A stretch of DNA of 64,000 nucleotides from a virus. The position numbers were made by a program, and so were the translations under genes. Location: positions 14,890-78,889 of the IMG/VR virus record IMGVR_UViG_3300028131_000005. The stretch is one strand, 5' to 3'. A model generated the notes under the pieces. That model saw only the letters and a program-made list of their open reading frames with translations. It was not told where the DNA came from and did no database searches. This document shows, in pieces, positions 47,806 through 57,141 of this stretch; position 1 is the stretch's first letter; every line of letters begins with the position of its first letter.

Positions 47806-49290
47806 TCAATTAACTACTATCTTCTGAATTACAATGTTTTCTTTTATAATCATATAGATTCCAGTAGAAAGTTTATCAGGATTAACCTCTTGACCCATCA
47901 TGTTTATTATTTTAAGATTTTCTTCTTTAATAGTCTTTAAAACATTAGCCGGAGTACCTTCTCCATTAGATATGATTATTGCACTTGCATCTGAGTTTGA
48001 ATCTATTTGAGCATCTGGTTTAGATATGATAATGACGTCATCTATTGGTGATATTCCACCTTGTGAATTTTCAATATCTAAGTTTCTTTGAACTTGAGAA
48101 ACTGCGTATCCTGCATTTAATCTTCCAGCTCCCATTTGCCCTATATAATCAGGGTTTAAATCGTCTATATTTCTTGCAGTGAATCTTAGTATACTATCAA
48201 TTTCTTCATTAGTTATTGTAGGGTCTAAAGAAAGCATAAGACCAACTGTACCTGTAACCATAGGAGCAGCATAAGAAGTTCCGCTTCCGAATAGATACCA
48301 GTTAGGTGCTGCAGATAAAGGTACTACATAACCAGGAGCCATTAAATCTACACTTGCATTATGTTGGTGAGTTCCACCACTTCCATAAGTATTCCAGTGT
48401 TTATCATCAGCACCAACACTAGATACTGCGAATACATTTTCGAATGCTGCTGGGTAAACAAGAGCTTCAGAACCTCCACATGTTGAACCATTTCCGGCAG
48501 CTGCAACTAAAAATGTACCATTATCATATATTTCATTCATTGCGTCTTGAATATATTGATTGAACGTACATCCGCTAGTCCAACTCATATTTATAACTCT
48601 GTAACCTGAATATGAAGCTTCTAGAACTTCATTGTAGTTCATTCTATAAAGTGCAAGTTTAGAATTGTAACCATGGCTGGCAAGTCCTAAACCATTGGCA
48701 TTAAGTGGGTTATTGGTATTTCCAGCAGCAAGAATAGCAACTGCAGTACCATGACCTTGACTAGATGTATTTGTGTTATCATAATGAACTACCTTTCCTA
48801 CAATTTCTTCGTGATTTACAAAGTAATTTTGATCAGATATTGCAACAGTTGCAGAATCTCCTTTTGAGAAATTCCAAGCCTGCGCAGCGTTTGTTAATTT
48901 TAAAGGCCAGTGAGACCAATATCCAGGATCTGTTGGTGCTACTCCGTAATTATTAAATACCCCATAATCTATAGGTTCTTCTAATGATTTGTAATTAGGT
49001 CCAAATTCAACTCCTTTGATTCCTTGCATTTCTACCATACTTACATAAAGGTCATTTACGTCACAGTCACATTTAATTTCATAAACATTTAGAAGTCTTT
49101 CATTTCTAGATGCTGGTAATGCCTGTTCTATTGAAAGGTTATATTGAGCATCTAAAATCTGCCATTCTTCTTTTTCTGTTATTTGATTTGGATTTTTAAC
49201 TGTTGCCCACACTACGCCCTGTGCAAATGACATGGAAGTTAAGAAAATTGCTAATAATGATAGCGCTAAGGTTTTTACTGTTGTTTTCAT
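47806..49290 (-). CDS. Secreted S8 (subtilisin-like) serine protease with T9SS-like C-terminal domain
   Basis: Signal peptide; VAISD, HGTAVA, AAAGN, SGTSYAAP; C-terminal IINMMGQEV...LSTGIYMI. Confidence 0.88.
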   Translation of the reverse strand: MKTTVKTLALSLLAIFLTSMSFAQGVVWATVKNPNQITEKEEWQILDAQYNLSIEQALPASRNERLLNVYEIKCDCDVNDLYVSMVEMQGIKGVEFGPNYKSLEEPIDYGVFNNYGVAPTDPGYWSHWPLKLTNAAQAWNFSKGDSATVAISDQNYFVNHEEIVGKVVHYDNTNTSSQGHGTAVAILAAGNTNNPLNANGLGLASHGYNSKLALYRMNYNEVLEASYSGYRVINMSWTSGCTFNQYIQDAMNEIYDNGTFLVAAAGNGSTCGGSEALVYPAAFENVFAVSSVGADDKHWNTYGSGGTHQHNASVDLMAPGYVVPLSAAPNWYLFGSGTSYAAPMVTGTVGLMLSLDPTITNEEIDSILRFTARNIDDLNPDYIGQMGAGRLNAGYAVSQVQRNLDIENSQGGISPIDDVIIISKPDAQIDSNSDASAIIISNGEGTPANVLKTIKEENLKIINMMGQEVNPDKLSTGIYMIIKENIVIQKIVVN

Positions 49291-49322
49291 CTTTATATCT
49301 ATTTTAATTTATTTTTGTTTTT

Positions 49323-49424
49323 TTAAATTGTGCTTATAATAATAAGTCTTGTCAGTTGAAGCAGAAAGAGTATTGATATAAACAATGCTCCTCCTGCTTT
49401 TAAATCTTTTAATCTAGATTCCAT
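49323..49424 (-). CDS. 33-aa membrane peptide
   Basis: Read manually: MESRLKDLKAGGALFISILFLLQLTRLIIISTI, between two minus-strand genes. Confidence 0.4.
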   Translation of the reverse strand: MESRLKDLKAGGALFISILFLLQLTRLIIISTI

Positions 49425-49790
49425 TTAATTAATAACTATAACTTTTTTAGTACCGAATAAAGTATCTTTCTGATAAAATTTGGCAATGTAATTTCCTTCT
49501 AATAAGTTTTCAATTCTTACTTTTCTTCTGCCTTCTTCTATTTCTACAATTTTAGTTTGTCCAGTATCAGTGTTAAGTAACTCGACCGTTGTTATTTCTG
49601 CCCAGTCTTCCCATTCCATTTTTACTTCTGAAATAAAAGAAGGATTTGGGTAGATTCTAACTCTGAAGTTTTCTAACATGTTTGAAGATTCTACAACATC
49701 CGGTTTTTGAATAAAGTCATATTGACTCATTGCATTTCCACTTGTTAAAAGTGCTAAGGTTAATAGTGTTTTTGTAACGTTTCTTTTCAT
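49425..49790 (-). CDS. Signal peptide plus stand-alone T9SS type A sorting domain
   Basis: RIYPNPS...NTDTGQ...NLLEGNYI...KKVIV. Confidence 0.75.
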   Translation of the reverse strand: MKRNVTKTLLTLALLTSGNAMSQYDFIQKPDVVESSNMLENFRVRIYPNPSFISEVKMEWEDWAEITTVELLNTDTGQTKIVEIEEGRRKVRIENLLEGNYIAKFYQKDTLFGTKKVIVIN

Positions 49791-49899
49791 AATTTTAAAT
49801 AATTTATTTGTTTGATGTATCTATGTCAAACGTGCGCAATAGTTCCATATTTTAAGTGACTTTAACGTAAAAATAATACTTAAGTACTATAGTCATATA

Positions 49900-49935
49900 G
49901 ACATAAAGTATTAGTACCATATAATACTTTATGTC
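49900..49935. repeat. Perfect 14-bp inverted repeat in a divergent intergenic region
   Basis: GACATAAAGTATTA-N8-TAATACTTTATGTC. Confidence 0.8.
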
Positions 49936-49972
49936 ATTGTAAACTTTTCAATCAAATAGATATATAAATAGT

Positions 49973-50191
49973 ATGGAAGAACTATATGAAAAAGGATGGT
50001 GGTTACAAGTTAGCCCGCTAGCAAGAACCGTTCCTGAACAAGAATGGATTGTTGGTGTACTTAGAAAGGGAAAAGCCTCCTGGATAACAGAAGTTTGTAG
50101 CAGTGGGTTTGCCAATCCACAATCTGCTATTAAATGGGGAAAGGAGTGGATTGATACCTACAACATGACAAAAATGATAAAAAAATATTAG
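49973..50191 (+). CDS. Hypothetical Trp-rich protein
   Basis: ORF after a class II motif. Confidence 0.5.
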   Translation: MEELYEKGWWLQVSPLARTVPEQEWIVGVLRKGKASWITEVCSSGFANPQSAIKWGKEWIDTYNMTKMIKKY

Positions 50192-50196
50192 TAAAA

Positions 50197-50925
50197 ATGG
50201 CAAGAAGAAAGACAATTATTTGGGAAGGCTATGAATGGCAAATTGGAGAAAGATGGGGAATAATTCACCCAGAAAAACCAATATGCTACTATGATAAAGA
50301 CGCTGTTAAAATCAGCGAAGATGGTGAATTAGAACTATATACTCATTATAACCCTAGAAAATTCAAAGATAAAACTGTAAATACAGGAGTAGGTCTTATT
50401 AATTGTAAAGAAAAGTTCGAATATGGTAGATTTGATATTGATATTAAATTACCTAAAGGACCCCTTTTATGGCCAGCATTTTGGATGTGGTCTTATGAAT
50501 CTTGGCCACCTGAAATAGATGTATTTGAGGGATACTCTAATAAAAAGGGAAGTTACTTTAATTGGAACATCGATGCTCTTTGGGGTAATTTTTGGAATGT
50601 CAAAAGTAATTTACATTTAGGAGTTCAGCCAGATAATTACCAATATGGCGCAAAAAGACACTGGTTAGGATGGAAATGTCCAAGCGAAGATTTTCATAAA
50701 TACAGCGTTGAGTGGTTTCCAAATGAAGTCAATATATTATTCGATGATAGGCTTGTAAGAACCATCAAAGATGAAAAGACTTTAATGCAGTTAAGAGATA
50801 TGCCAATGAACATTATCATTAATACACATACTCAACCTGGATATCCTTCTGATGATAAAGAATTAGTCACAAAAATGGTTTGTAAGAATTTTAGATATTC
50901 TAAATTCTATCCATATAACCTCTAG
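50197..50925 (+). CDS. Glycoside hydrolase family 16
   Basis: YGRF, WPAFWM, EIDVFE catalytic motif, FHKYSVEW. Confidence 0.9.
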   Translation: MARRKTIIWEGYEWQIGERWGIIHPEKPICYYDKDAVKISEDGELELYTHYNPRKFKDKTVNTGVGLINCKEKFEYGRFDIDIKLPKGPLLWPAFWMWSYESWPPEIDVFEGYSNKKGSYFNWNIDALWGNFWNVKSNLHLGVQPDNYQYGAKRHWLGWKCPSEDFHKYSVEWFPNEVNILFDDRLVRTIKDEKTLMQLRDMPMNIIINTHTQPGYPSDDKELVTKMVCKNFRYSKFYPYNL

Positions 50926-50943
50926 TCTTCGGATATATACTTT

Positions 50944-51777
50944 ATGAAATTAAGCATCATCATGCAATCATATCTTGGAGATTATCCGGGAGCTAGGTCT
51001 AAACCTGAAGAAAAGTTTATTAGGGCTGTTTATTCAGTAATTGCACAGACTTCTCCTAATTGGGAATTGATAATAGTTTCAGATGGTTGTGAAATTACAG
51101 AAAGACTCTATAACACTCATTTTAAGAACTATAGAAATATTAAATTTAAAATGGTTGAAAAACCAGAAGAATCTAAAATGTATGTTTATTCTCTTTCTGG
51201 AGATAAATTCTATAGAGGAGCTCCAAGAAAAGAAGGAGTCAAAATAGCAACAGGAGATTGGATATGTTATTTAGACAGCGATGATATATTTTTAAGAGAA
51301 GGCGTTGACGATATTTTAAAGCAAATTCAACGAGCAGAAGACATGAAGTTGAACAAAACCAATCTAGAACTTAGATATATTTTCAATGAATGTATTATAG
51401 AAAATTTAGCATTGATGCAAATAGAAGATTTGATAGAGGCTAAGATTGAATCAGGTGTTGAATTAAAAAGAGACCATAAAAGAGAATCAATTGGATCACC
51501 TTTTGAAATAGAAGGACTTGAAGGTGTATGGCAATCTGTTAAAACTGTTTTTAGAGATAAAAGAGACCAAAAAGTTCTTCCAATTTCAACAGCACAATTT
51601 TTACATAAAAGAGGCTGGCCTGAATGGGAATGGGGAGACAGTAGTAGCAGCACAGTTTCAGAAGACAATGCTTTTATTAAACCAATAACATTAAAAGGAG
51701 AAGAAGCCAAACATGCTGGACTTCTACGCATAGAATATTATGTAAGATGTCACATGAAAGGGGTTTGGGACCTTTAA
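50944..51777 (+). CDS. Glycosyltransferase family 2
   Basis: SVIAQT..NWELIIVSDG, YLDSDD, ED. Confidence 0.85.
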   Translation: MKLSIIMQSYLGDYPGARSKPEEKFIRAVYSVIAQTSPNWELIIVSDGCEITERLYNTHFKNYRNIKFKMVEKPEESKMYVYSLSGDKFYRGAPRKEGVKIATGDWICYLDSDDIFLREGVDDILKQIQRAEDMKLNKTNLELRYIFNECIIENLALMQIEDLIEAKIESGVELKRDHKRESIGSPFEIEGLEGVWQSVKTVFRDKRDQKVLPISTAQFLHKRGWPEWEWGDSSSSTVSEDNAFIKPITLKGEEAKHAGLLRIEYYVRCHMKGVWDL

Positions 51778-51790
51778 TAAAATAAGAATT

Positions 51791-52963
51791 ATGAAAATAG
51801 GAATCACAATATCTTTTCATCAAACCAGCATTTTTAGTTCTGGAATAAATCAAAATGCTTTATATGTGGCAATGATGCTAGACAGGGCAGGACATAATGT
51901 TCATTTGATAACTTATCAAAGCAAAGCACCAATGATAGATGTTTTAGACGCTATCTCTGATTTGCCAAATGTAAAAGCAGTAGAATATAAAGAAAGTTTC
52001 GATAATTCATACGATGTAGTCCTATGTTTAGGATATAAGGTAGATGAATCTTTAGCAGCTAGATGGAGAAAACAAAATAAAGATATTAAACTTGTAACCT
52101 ATCAATGTGGAAATGATTTCATGACAGATATGGAAATGTCAGTCCATAATACAACGCCTGGAAGGGCATCTCACTATGACCAAACTACTCAAAAAGATGC
52201 TCAAGTAGATGCTGTTTGGACTATTCCTCAACACATTCAAACAAATGAGCACTGGATGGGCTACATGAAAAATACAGATAATGTTACAGTAGTTCCTTTT
52301 GTTTGGGACCCAATTCTTATTGAAAAATACTTTCAAAAATACAAGGGTGGTATTTATTCAAAAGACATGCCAGTAAATAAGTTTGCAGTTATGGAGCCAA
52401 ACCTCTCAGTAATGAAGAACTTTTTAATTCCATTATGTATTTTAGAAAAAGTAAATAAAGAAGAAGAGGTTGATAGTGTATATTTCTTAAGCACTGATAT
52501 CGTTAAAAAGTATGAAAGAACCAGGCAGCTACTTCTTTCTAGTTCTTTGAAAAAAGAAGGAAAGCTTTCTGCTGAATCTAGGCATCCAACTCCGAAAATA
52601 TTAACCAACTATGCACATTGTATAGTTTCTTGGCAGATGTTAAATGCCCTCAACTATCTTTATTTAGATGCTGCTTGGATGGGGTATCCTGTAATTCACA
52701 ACGCACACTTATGTCCTGATGTTGGATATTATTATGAAGGCTTTGATGTAGAAGAAGGGGCTAACAAGGTGAAAGAGGCAATGAATTCTCATCAAGAAAA
52801 TAGCGAACAATATCTTAAGAAGAATAGAGAGACAATAACAAGATATACTAGAAATAGCGAAAAGTTAATTCAAGACTACAACATGTTACTTGAAGACCTT
52901 GTTTCTGGAAACTTCAAGAAATACAATTACAGCATAGAAGATAATTCAATCACTCAAAAATAG
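51791..52963 (+). CDS. DUF2827-like putative glycosyltransferase
   Basis: IFSSGINQN, VPFVWDP, EPNLSVMK, NALNYLYLD...GYPVIHN. Confidence 0.65.
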   Translation: MKIGITISFHQTSIFSSGINQNALYVAMMLDRAGHNVHLITYQSKAPMIDVLDAISDLPNVKAVEYKESFDNSYDVVLCLGYKVDESLAARWRKQNKDIKLVTYQCGNDFMTDMEMSVHNTTPGRASHYDQTTQKDAQVDAVWTIPQHIQTNEHWMGYMKNTDNVTVVPFVWDPILIEKYFQKYKGGIYSKDMPVNKFAVMEPNLSVMKNFLIPLCILEKVNKEEEVDSVYFLSTDIVKKYERTRQLLLSSSLKKEGKLSAESRHPTPKILTNYAHCIVSWQMLNALNYLYLDAAWMGYPVIHNAHLCPDVGYYYEGFDVEEGANKVKEAMNSHQENSEQYLKKNRETITRYTRNSEKLIQDYNMLLEDLVSGNFKKYNYSIEDNSITQK

Positions 52964-52965
52964 AG

Positions 52966-53199
52966 ATGAGTAAAGAAGAGGACCTAGATAGAATCATAGA
53001 AATGGCATGGGAAGACCGTACTCCTTTTGAGGCTATTGAGCTTCAGTTTGGCTTGAAAGAAAATGATGTTAGAAAACTGATGAGGTCAAACCTAAAAGAA
53101 AGTTCATTTAAACTTTGGAGAAAAAGAGTAAAAGGTAGAAAAACAAAACATAGTAAAACAAGCGAATCTAAAAGGTTTAAATCTAAAAATCAAAAATAA
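52966..53199 (+). CDS. TIGR03643 / DUF2805-like protein
   Basis: RIIEMAWEDRTPFEAI..QFGL.E..V..LMR..LK.SSFKLWRKRV.GR.TKH. Confidence 0.85.
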   Translation: MSKEEDLDRIIEMAWEDRTPFEAIELQFGLKENDVRKLMRSNLKESSFKLWRKRVKGRKTKHSKTSESKRFKSKNQK

Positions 53200-53200
53200 A

Positions 53201-53250
53201 TCACTCCAGATTTTTTTATGTCGTTTTTTATTGTTATATTTATATTATAA
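53201..53250 (+). promoter_or_regulatory. Class I promoter motif
   Basis: TCACTCCAGATTTTTTTATGTCGTTTTTTATTGTTATATTTATATTATAA. Confidence 0.7.
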
Positions 53251-53267
53251 CAAATTAAACAAATAAA

Positions 53268-53486
53268 ATGAAAACGATTAAAATGATTTTAGGATTTACA
53301 GTATTTATGTCAGCAATTATTGCAATTATGTTAGCACCAGCTATGATTATGGCAACGTGTTTTGGATTGTCACAGACAATGTTTTTGATACTATTACTGC
53401 CTTGTTCTGCATTTGGATTCATAATAGGATTCTCGATAATGGTGAAGGTACTTGACATGGGTATCTTTGACGCACTATTAGACTAA
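53268..53486 (+). CDS. Small membrane protein
   Basis: Two TM segments. Confidence 0.5.
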   Translation: MKTIKMILGFTVFMSAIIAIMLAPAMIMATCFGLSQTMFLILLLPCSAFGFIIGFSIMVKVLDMGIFDALLD

Positions 53487-53701
53487 GATATTTTAAACAA
53501 AATTAAAGTTTCTTATATAATAAGTATAAAAATATAAATTATGAAAAACATAAGAAAACATTATCCAATAGCACTAGCATTTGTTAGTTTTTTATTCTCA
53601 GTATCACTTTGGTTCTTAGGATATAAAGATGAAGGAATGTTCGTTGGTATTTGGGTACCATCAATTTTAGGACTTGCTAACTATTTTAACACCTCAAAAA
53701 A

Positions 53702-53914
53702 ATGATAGAATCTATAATATTTGGAGTAGGTTTAACTATCTTTGTAACTTATTTGTACTTTCTTGTAAAGATGATAAACACATCTCATGAAAAACAAAGA
53801 GAAGAGTTTGAGAAAGACCCTGAAATTCAAAGTTGGAAAGTTCAAGCCATGAAGTCTATTTTAGAAGAGTTGGCTGATTCAGAAAATAGTAAAGAACTAG
53901 AAACTCAAGAATAA
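53702..53914 (+). CDS. Small single-TM protein
   Basis: N-terminal TM. Confidence 0.5.
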   Translation: MIESIIFGVGLTIFVTYLYFLVKMINTSHEKQREEFEKDPEIQSWKVQAMKSILEELADSENSKELETQE

Positions 53915-54097
53915 ATGGAACTGCTGATTTTTATTATAGGTGTTCTAATATTTTCAAGTTATGTTCTTTTCTCATTCACTGAAAAGGAAGAGAAAGAAGA
54001 AGTCATTAAAATAGATGACTTTATAGACTACGATGGTCATGGTAATTGGGGAAGATTTCCACCTAAAAAGAAAAAGCGTGAAAAAGAAAAAGTTTAA
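53915..54097 (+). CDS. Small single-TM protein
   Basis: N-terminal TM; DYDGHGNWGRF. Confidence 0.5.
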   Translation: MELLIFIIGVLIFSSYVLFSFTEKEEKEEVIKIDDFIDYDGHGNWGRFPPKKKKREKEKV

Positions 54098-54584
54098 TAA
54101 GAAGAAGTCAAGTTTCAGTTTACCTAAGGGCAAACAAATTGTCAAATCTAGAGAGAATGTAAAGATGGGAGAATGCGGCCATCCTACCGACATAGATATT
54201 AAAAAATTCTTAGATGACTTTTATAAACCTTCTTGGGTTTATAATTTAGAAACTCTTGTTAGAAGAGGAGAAAAGCTAAGGGCAGTAAAAGAATTCAAGA
54301 CTAAAGAACAGTGCGGATTAATGGTCGCTAAAGATGCAGTGGAAAAGTATATAGAAACAGGAAGATGGGACCATTATTTATTCCTTAGAAGACTAAGATT
54401 AGACCAAGCGTTTATGAATGCCACTAGCCTAGATTCAAATGGCTATAAAGAATGGTATAAAGTAAATAAAGAAAAGGCAAATAAGTCTTATTCAGAAGTA
54501 AATCAGCCGCTTTTTACAATGGACACTGTTTTTGCAGTTGCGCACGAATACTTAAATATAATTAGAAATGAGACAAGGTACTAA
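54033..54584 (+). CDS. Protein with ribosomal L7/L12 C-terminal-like segment (true start probably downstream)
   Basis: KLRAVKEFKTKEQCGLMVAKDAVE resembles KI.AIK.VR...GLKEAKD.VE. Confidence 0.5.
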   Translation: MVMVIGEDFHLKRKSVKKKKFNKKKSSFSLPKGKQIVKSRENVKMGECGHPTDIDIKKFLDDFYKPSWVYNLETLVRRGEKLRAVKEFKTKEQCGLMVAKDAVEKYIETGRWDHYLFLRRLRLDQAFMNATSLDSNGYKEWYKVNKEKANKSYSEVNQPLFTMDTVFAVAHEYLNIIRNETRY

Positions 54585-54789
54585 ACTTAAAGTTGGAGAC
54601 AGAGTATTAGCAAGATTTCTAGGAGAAAAGAAATATTGTGAAGTTGTTGAGGTACATGGCCAAAACAAGTATAAGATTGTATCAGTAGATGGAACCGTAT
54701 TTCCAAACTCCCCTTGGAGAAAAGATGCAGAAACAAATAAGAAAGGGCATATAACAGCCCCTTGGTTTATAGAAGAAAAACTAAAATGA
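54568..54789 (+). CDS. Small SH3/Tudor-like protein
   Basis: LKVGDRVLARF...EVVEV. Confidence 0.45.
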   Translation: MRQGTKLKVGDRVLARFLGEKKYCEVVEVHGQNKYKIVSVDGTVFPNSPWRKDAETNKKGHITAPWFIEEKLK

Positions 54790-55004
54790 ATATCAATAGA
54801 AAAAGACACCTATTAAAAACCATTACTTGGAGAATTATAGGTACCTTGGATACTATGTTAATAGCTTGGGTAATAAGTGGAGATCCATTAATAGGCTTTA
54901 GTATTGGAAGTGCAGAGTTATTTACAAAGATGATTTTATATTACATACATGAAAGAGTATGGTATAAATCTAGTTTTGGTATAAATAAGAATAAAGAAAA
55001 ATGA
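54786..55004 (+). CDS. DUF2061-like membrane protein
   Basis: RHLLKTITWRIIGTLDT...K.ILYYIHERVW. Confidence 0.85.
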   Translation: MNINRKRHLLKTITWRIIGTLDTMLIAWVISGDPLIGFSIGSAELFTKMILYYIHERVWYKSSFGINKNKEK

Positions 55005-55178
55005 ATAAATTATTTAAAATATTAACTTTTATTATGGCAGCAGCCATGAGTTTTTTCTCACCAGTTACAGCAAGTCATGGACAAGGTCAATGTTGTGCAG
55101 AATGTGTTATGAAAAGAGAAGACGAAATAGAAATTGTATACGAAGACGAAGATAATCAAGATGAGTAAATAACTCAAT

Positions 55179-55250
55179 GGCCCGTTCGTCTAGTGGTTAG
55201 GACATCGCGTTTTCATCGCGGAGACAAGGTTTCGATTACCTTACGGGCTA
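55179..55250 (+). tRNA. tRNA-Glu(TTC), CCA not encoded
   Basis: GGCCCGT/ACGGGCT acceptor; TCGCG-TTTTCAT-CGCGG anticodon arm; TTCGA. Confidence 0.9.
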
Positions 55251-55270
55251 CAAAGATATATAAAATACAC

Positions 55271-55347
55271 GGAGCGGTAGTTCAGCTGGTTAGAATATCT
55301 GCCTGTCACGCAGAGGGTCGTGGGTTCGAGTCCCATCCGTTCCGCCA
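55271..55347 (+). tRNA. tRNA-Asp(GTC), CCA encoded
   Basis: Canonical cloverleaf with GTC anticodon. Confidence 0.95.
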
Positions 55348-55354
55348 AATAATA

Positions 55355-55441
55355 GGAAGATTGCCAGAGCGGTCGAATGGACTTGACTTGAAATCAAGCG
55401 TACTTTCACGAGTACCGAAGGTTCGAATCCTTCATCTTCCG
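55355..55441 (+). tRNA. tRNA-Ser(TGA), CCA not encoded
   Basis: CTTGA-CTTGAAA-TCAAG anticodon arm, long variable arm, TTCGAAT. Confidence 0.93.
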
Positions 55442-55460
55442 CAAAAAATAAACACAGACT

Positions 55461-56501
55461 ATGAAGACCTTTTTACTATTCCTACTTATTTCTTTTTCAA
55501 GTATTAGTCAAACATTTACAGACACTGTCAAATTTGACTGTATGGAAGATTTTGATTGGGCTGGAAACTGGTACTTTTCAGAACCAACCACTGGATTTTT
55601 CACAAATGCATCAAAATCAGCACCGATATCAGCCGTTATTTATGGAACTGGAGGCGGAGCTGATGAATATGATTGGTACTCTTTACCAAACGTAACAGGT
55701 CTAGATCCTTTTAAAGAACATAAGATACAGATTAATTTAGGAGCATATAGATTTACTTCAACCGGAAGTACTTCTGGTGTAGATGCTGGAGACTATATAG
55801 AAGTACAAATATCTACAGATGGCGGTTCTAATTATTCTTCTGAGTTGAGAGTTACTGGTTTTAATAATGCATATTGGGACTATAACTCTGCAGTCGCAAG
55901 TGTTACTGCAGATGGAACTGTTGACATATTTACTCCAGCTTCAGGTGGTAATAGAACATCAACAGGTGACGGCTATTCAGTATTAGAAATATTATTACCA
56001 GCTGGAAATACTCAAGTTGCTGTAGATATTTTATCATTGGTTGATAGGGCAGGTGAAGAATGGTGGATAGATGATATTTATTTATTCTCTAGTACTAATA
56101 CACCATTAGCTGTAGAATTATTAGAATTTTCAGCACAACCACATCCTACGTATACTGATATAAAATGGTCAACTGCAAGTGAAAATAACTCTTCTCATTT
56201 TGAATTAGAAAAAAGCATTAATGGATATAATTGGAATAAAATCAGTACTATTCAATCTGCTGGTTTTTCATCTTCTAGAATAGATTATTCTCATAAAGAT
56301 TTAGATATTATTAATGGATATTCATATTATAGATTAAAAGAAATAGACTACGACGGAACTATTGAAATATTTGAAACAATACATATTAAACGTGATATAA
56401 TAAATGAAGAAAATTACTATGATTTAATGGGAAGACCTGTAAAGGAGACTTATAAAGGATTGGTAATTTCAAATAATGGTAAGTTACATTTTAATAATTA
56501 A
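55461..56501 (+). CDS. Secreted Bacteroidota-type protein with Ig-like domain and T9SS-like tail
   Basis: Signal peptide; PLAVELLEF...WSTASENNSSHFELEKS...YYRLKEIDYDG; YYDLMGRPV. Confidence 0.75.
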   Translation: MKTFLLFLLISFSSISQTFTDTVKFDCMEDFDWAGNWYFSEPTTGFFTNASKSAPISAVIYGTGGGADEYDWYSLPNVTGLDPFKEHKIQINLGAYRFTSTGSTSGVDAGDYIEVQISTDGGSNYSSELRVTGFNNAYWDYNSAVASVTADGTVDIFTPASGGNRTSTGDGYSVLEILLPAGNTQVAVDILSLVDRAGEEWWIDDIYLFSSTNTPLAVELLEFSAQPHPTYTDIKWSTASENNSSHFELEKSINGYNWNKISTIQSAGFSSSRIDYSHKDLDIINGYSYYRLKEIDYDGTIEIFETIHIKRDIINEENYYDLMGRPVKETYKGLVISNNGKLHFNN

Positions 56502-56672
56502 ATATGAAATCAAAATCAAAAGTAGCCAGTAAAATTAAAAAATCACTAGATTGTAAATACTGCAAAGAACCACAGCAAGTTCCAGAAAATGTATCTAAAA
56601 TTACATGCTGGAGATGTACAATGAAACTTGTAGATGGTAAAATGTACAAAACACTTGATTGATATATAAAGT

Positions 56673-57023
56673 ATGAAAAAACATCTTAAACTTTTTGAAG
56701 AATTCGTAGAAGAGAAGAAAAAGGCTAATAAGCCTAAGAAGAATACTGCTGCAAAAATGAAAGATGTAGATAAGAAAATCAAGAAATCTGTAAAGAAGGC
56801 AAAGACTGCTGTTAAAGACGTTGTAAAGTCTCAAGAAGAAATTAAAGGAGATAAAGCAACTCCAGAAGATAAAATGAGAGGAGCTCTTGCAAAGTTGCAA
56901 ACACAAAAGCATAAAGCAGAAATACAAAAACAGGCTATTAAAAAGCAAGAATTAGCTGTTAAGTCAAAAATACAGACTTTGAAGAAGAAAGAAAAGGCAA
57001 CTAAGAAATTAGAAGAAAAATGA
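56673..57023 (+). CDS. Lys-rich protein with leader (MKKHLKLFEEFVEE); possible internal DNA-binding protein
   Basis: Leader; GATATATAAAGTATG upstream; very Lys-rich. Confidence 0.6.
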   Translation: MKKHLKLFEEFVEEKKKANKPKKNTAAKMKDVDKKIKKSVKKAKTAVKDVVKSQEEIKGDKATPEDKMRGALAKLQTQKHKAEIQKQAIKKQELAVKSKIQTLKKKEKATKKLEEK

Positions 57024-57141
57024 AAAACAAATATAGAATCATCTGTAACGAAGTTACGTATGATTTCCACGATTTAAGCGGTGTAGAACTTAGTGTTGCT
57101 ATACTAAAAAGATTTAATATACCTTTTGAACTAATAGAATT

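Noticed and set aside
6286-53250. Repeated ~50-bp element as a CRISPR array or integron attC
   Set aside because: Copies are dispersed kilobases apart, not palindromic and always directly upstream of genes; a promoter fits better.
55193-55507. 104-aa plus-strand ORF in the track
   Set aside because: Overlaps three well-formed tRNA genes; spurious.
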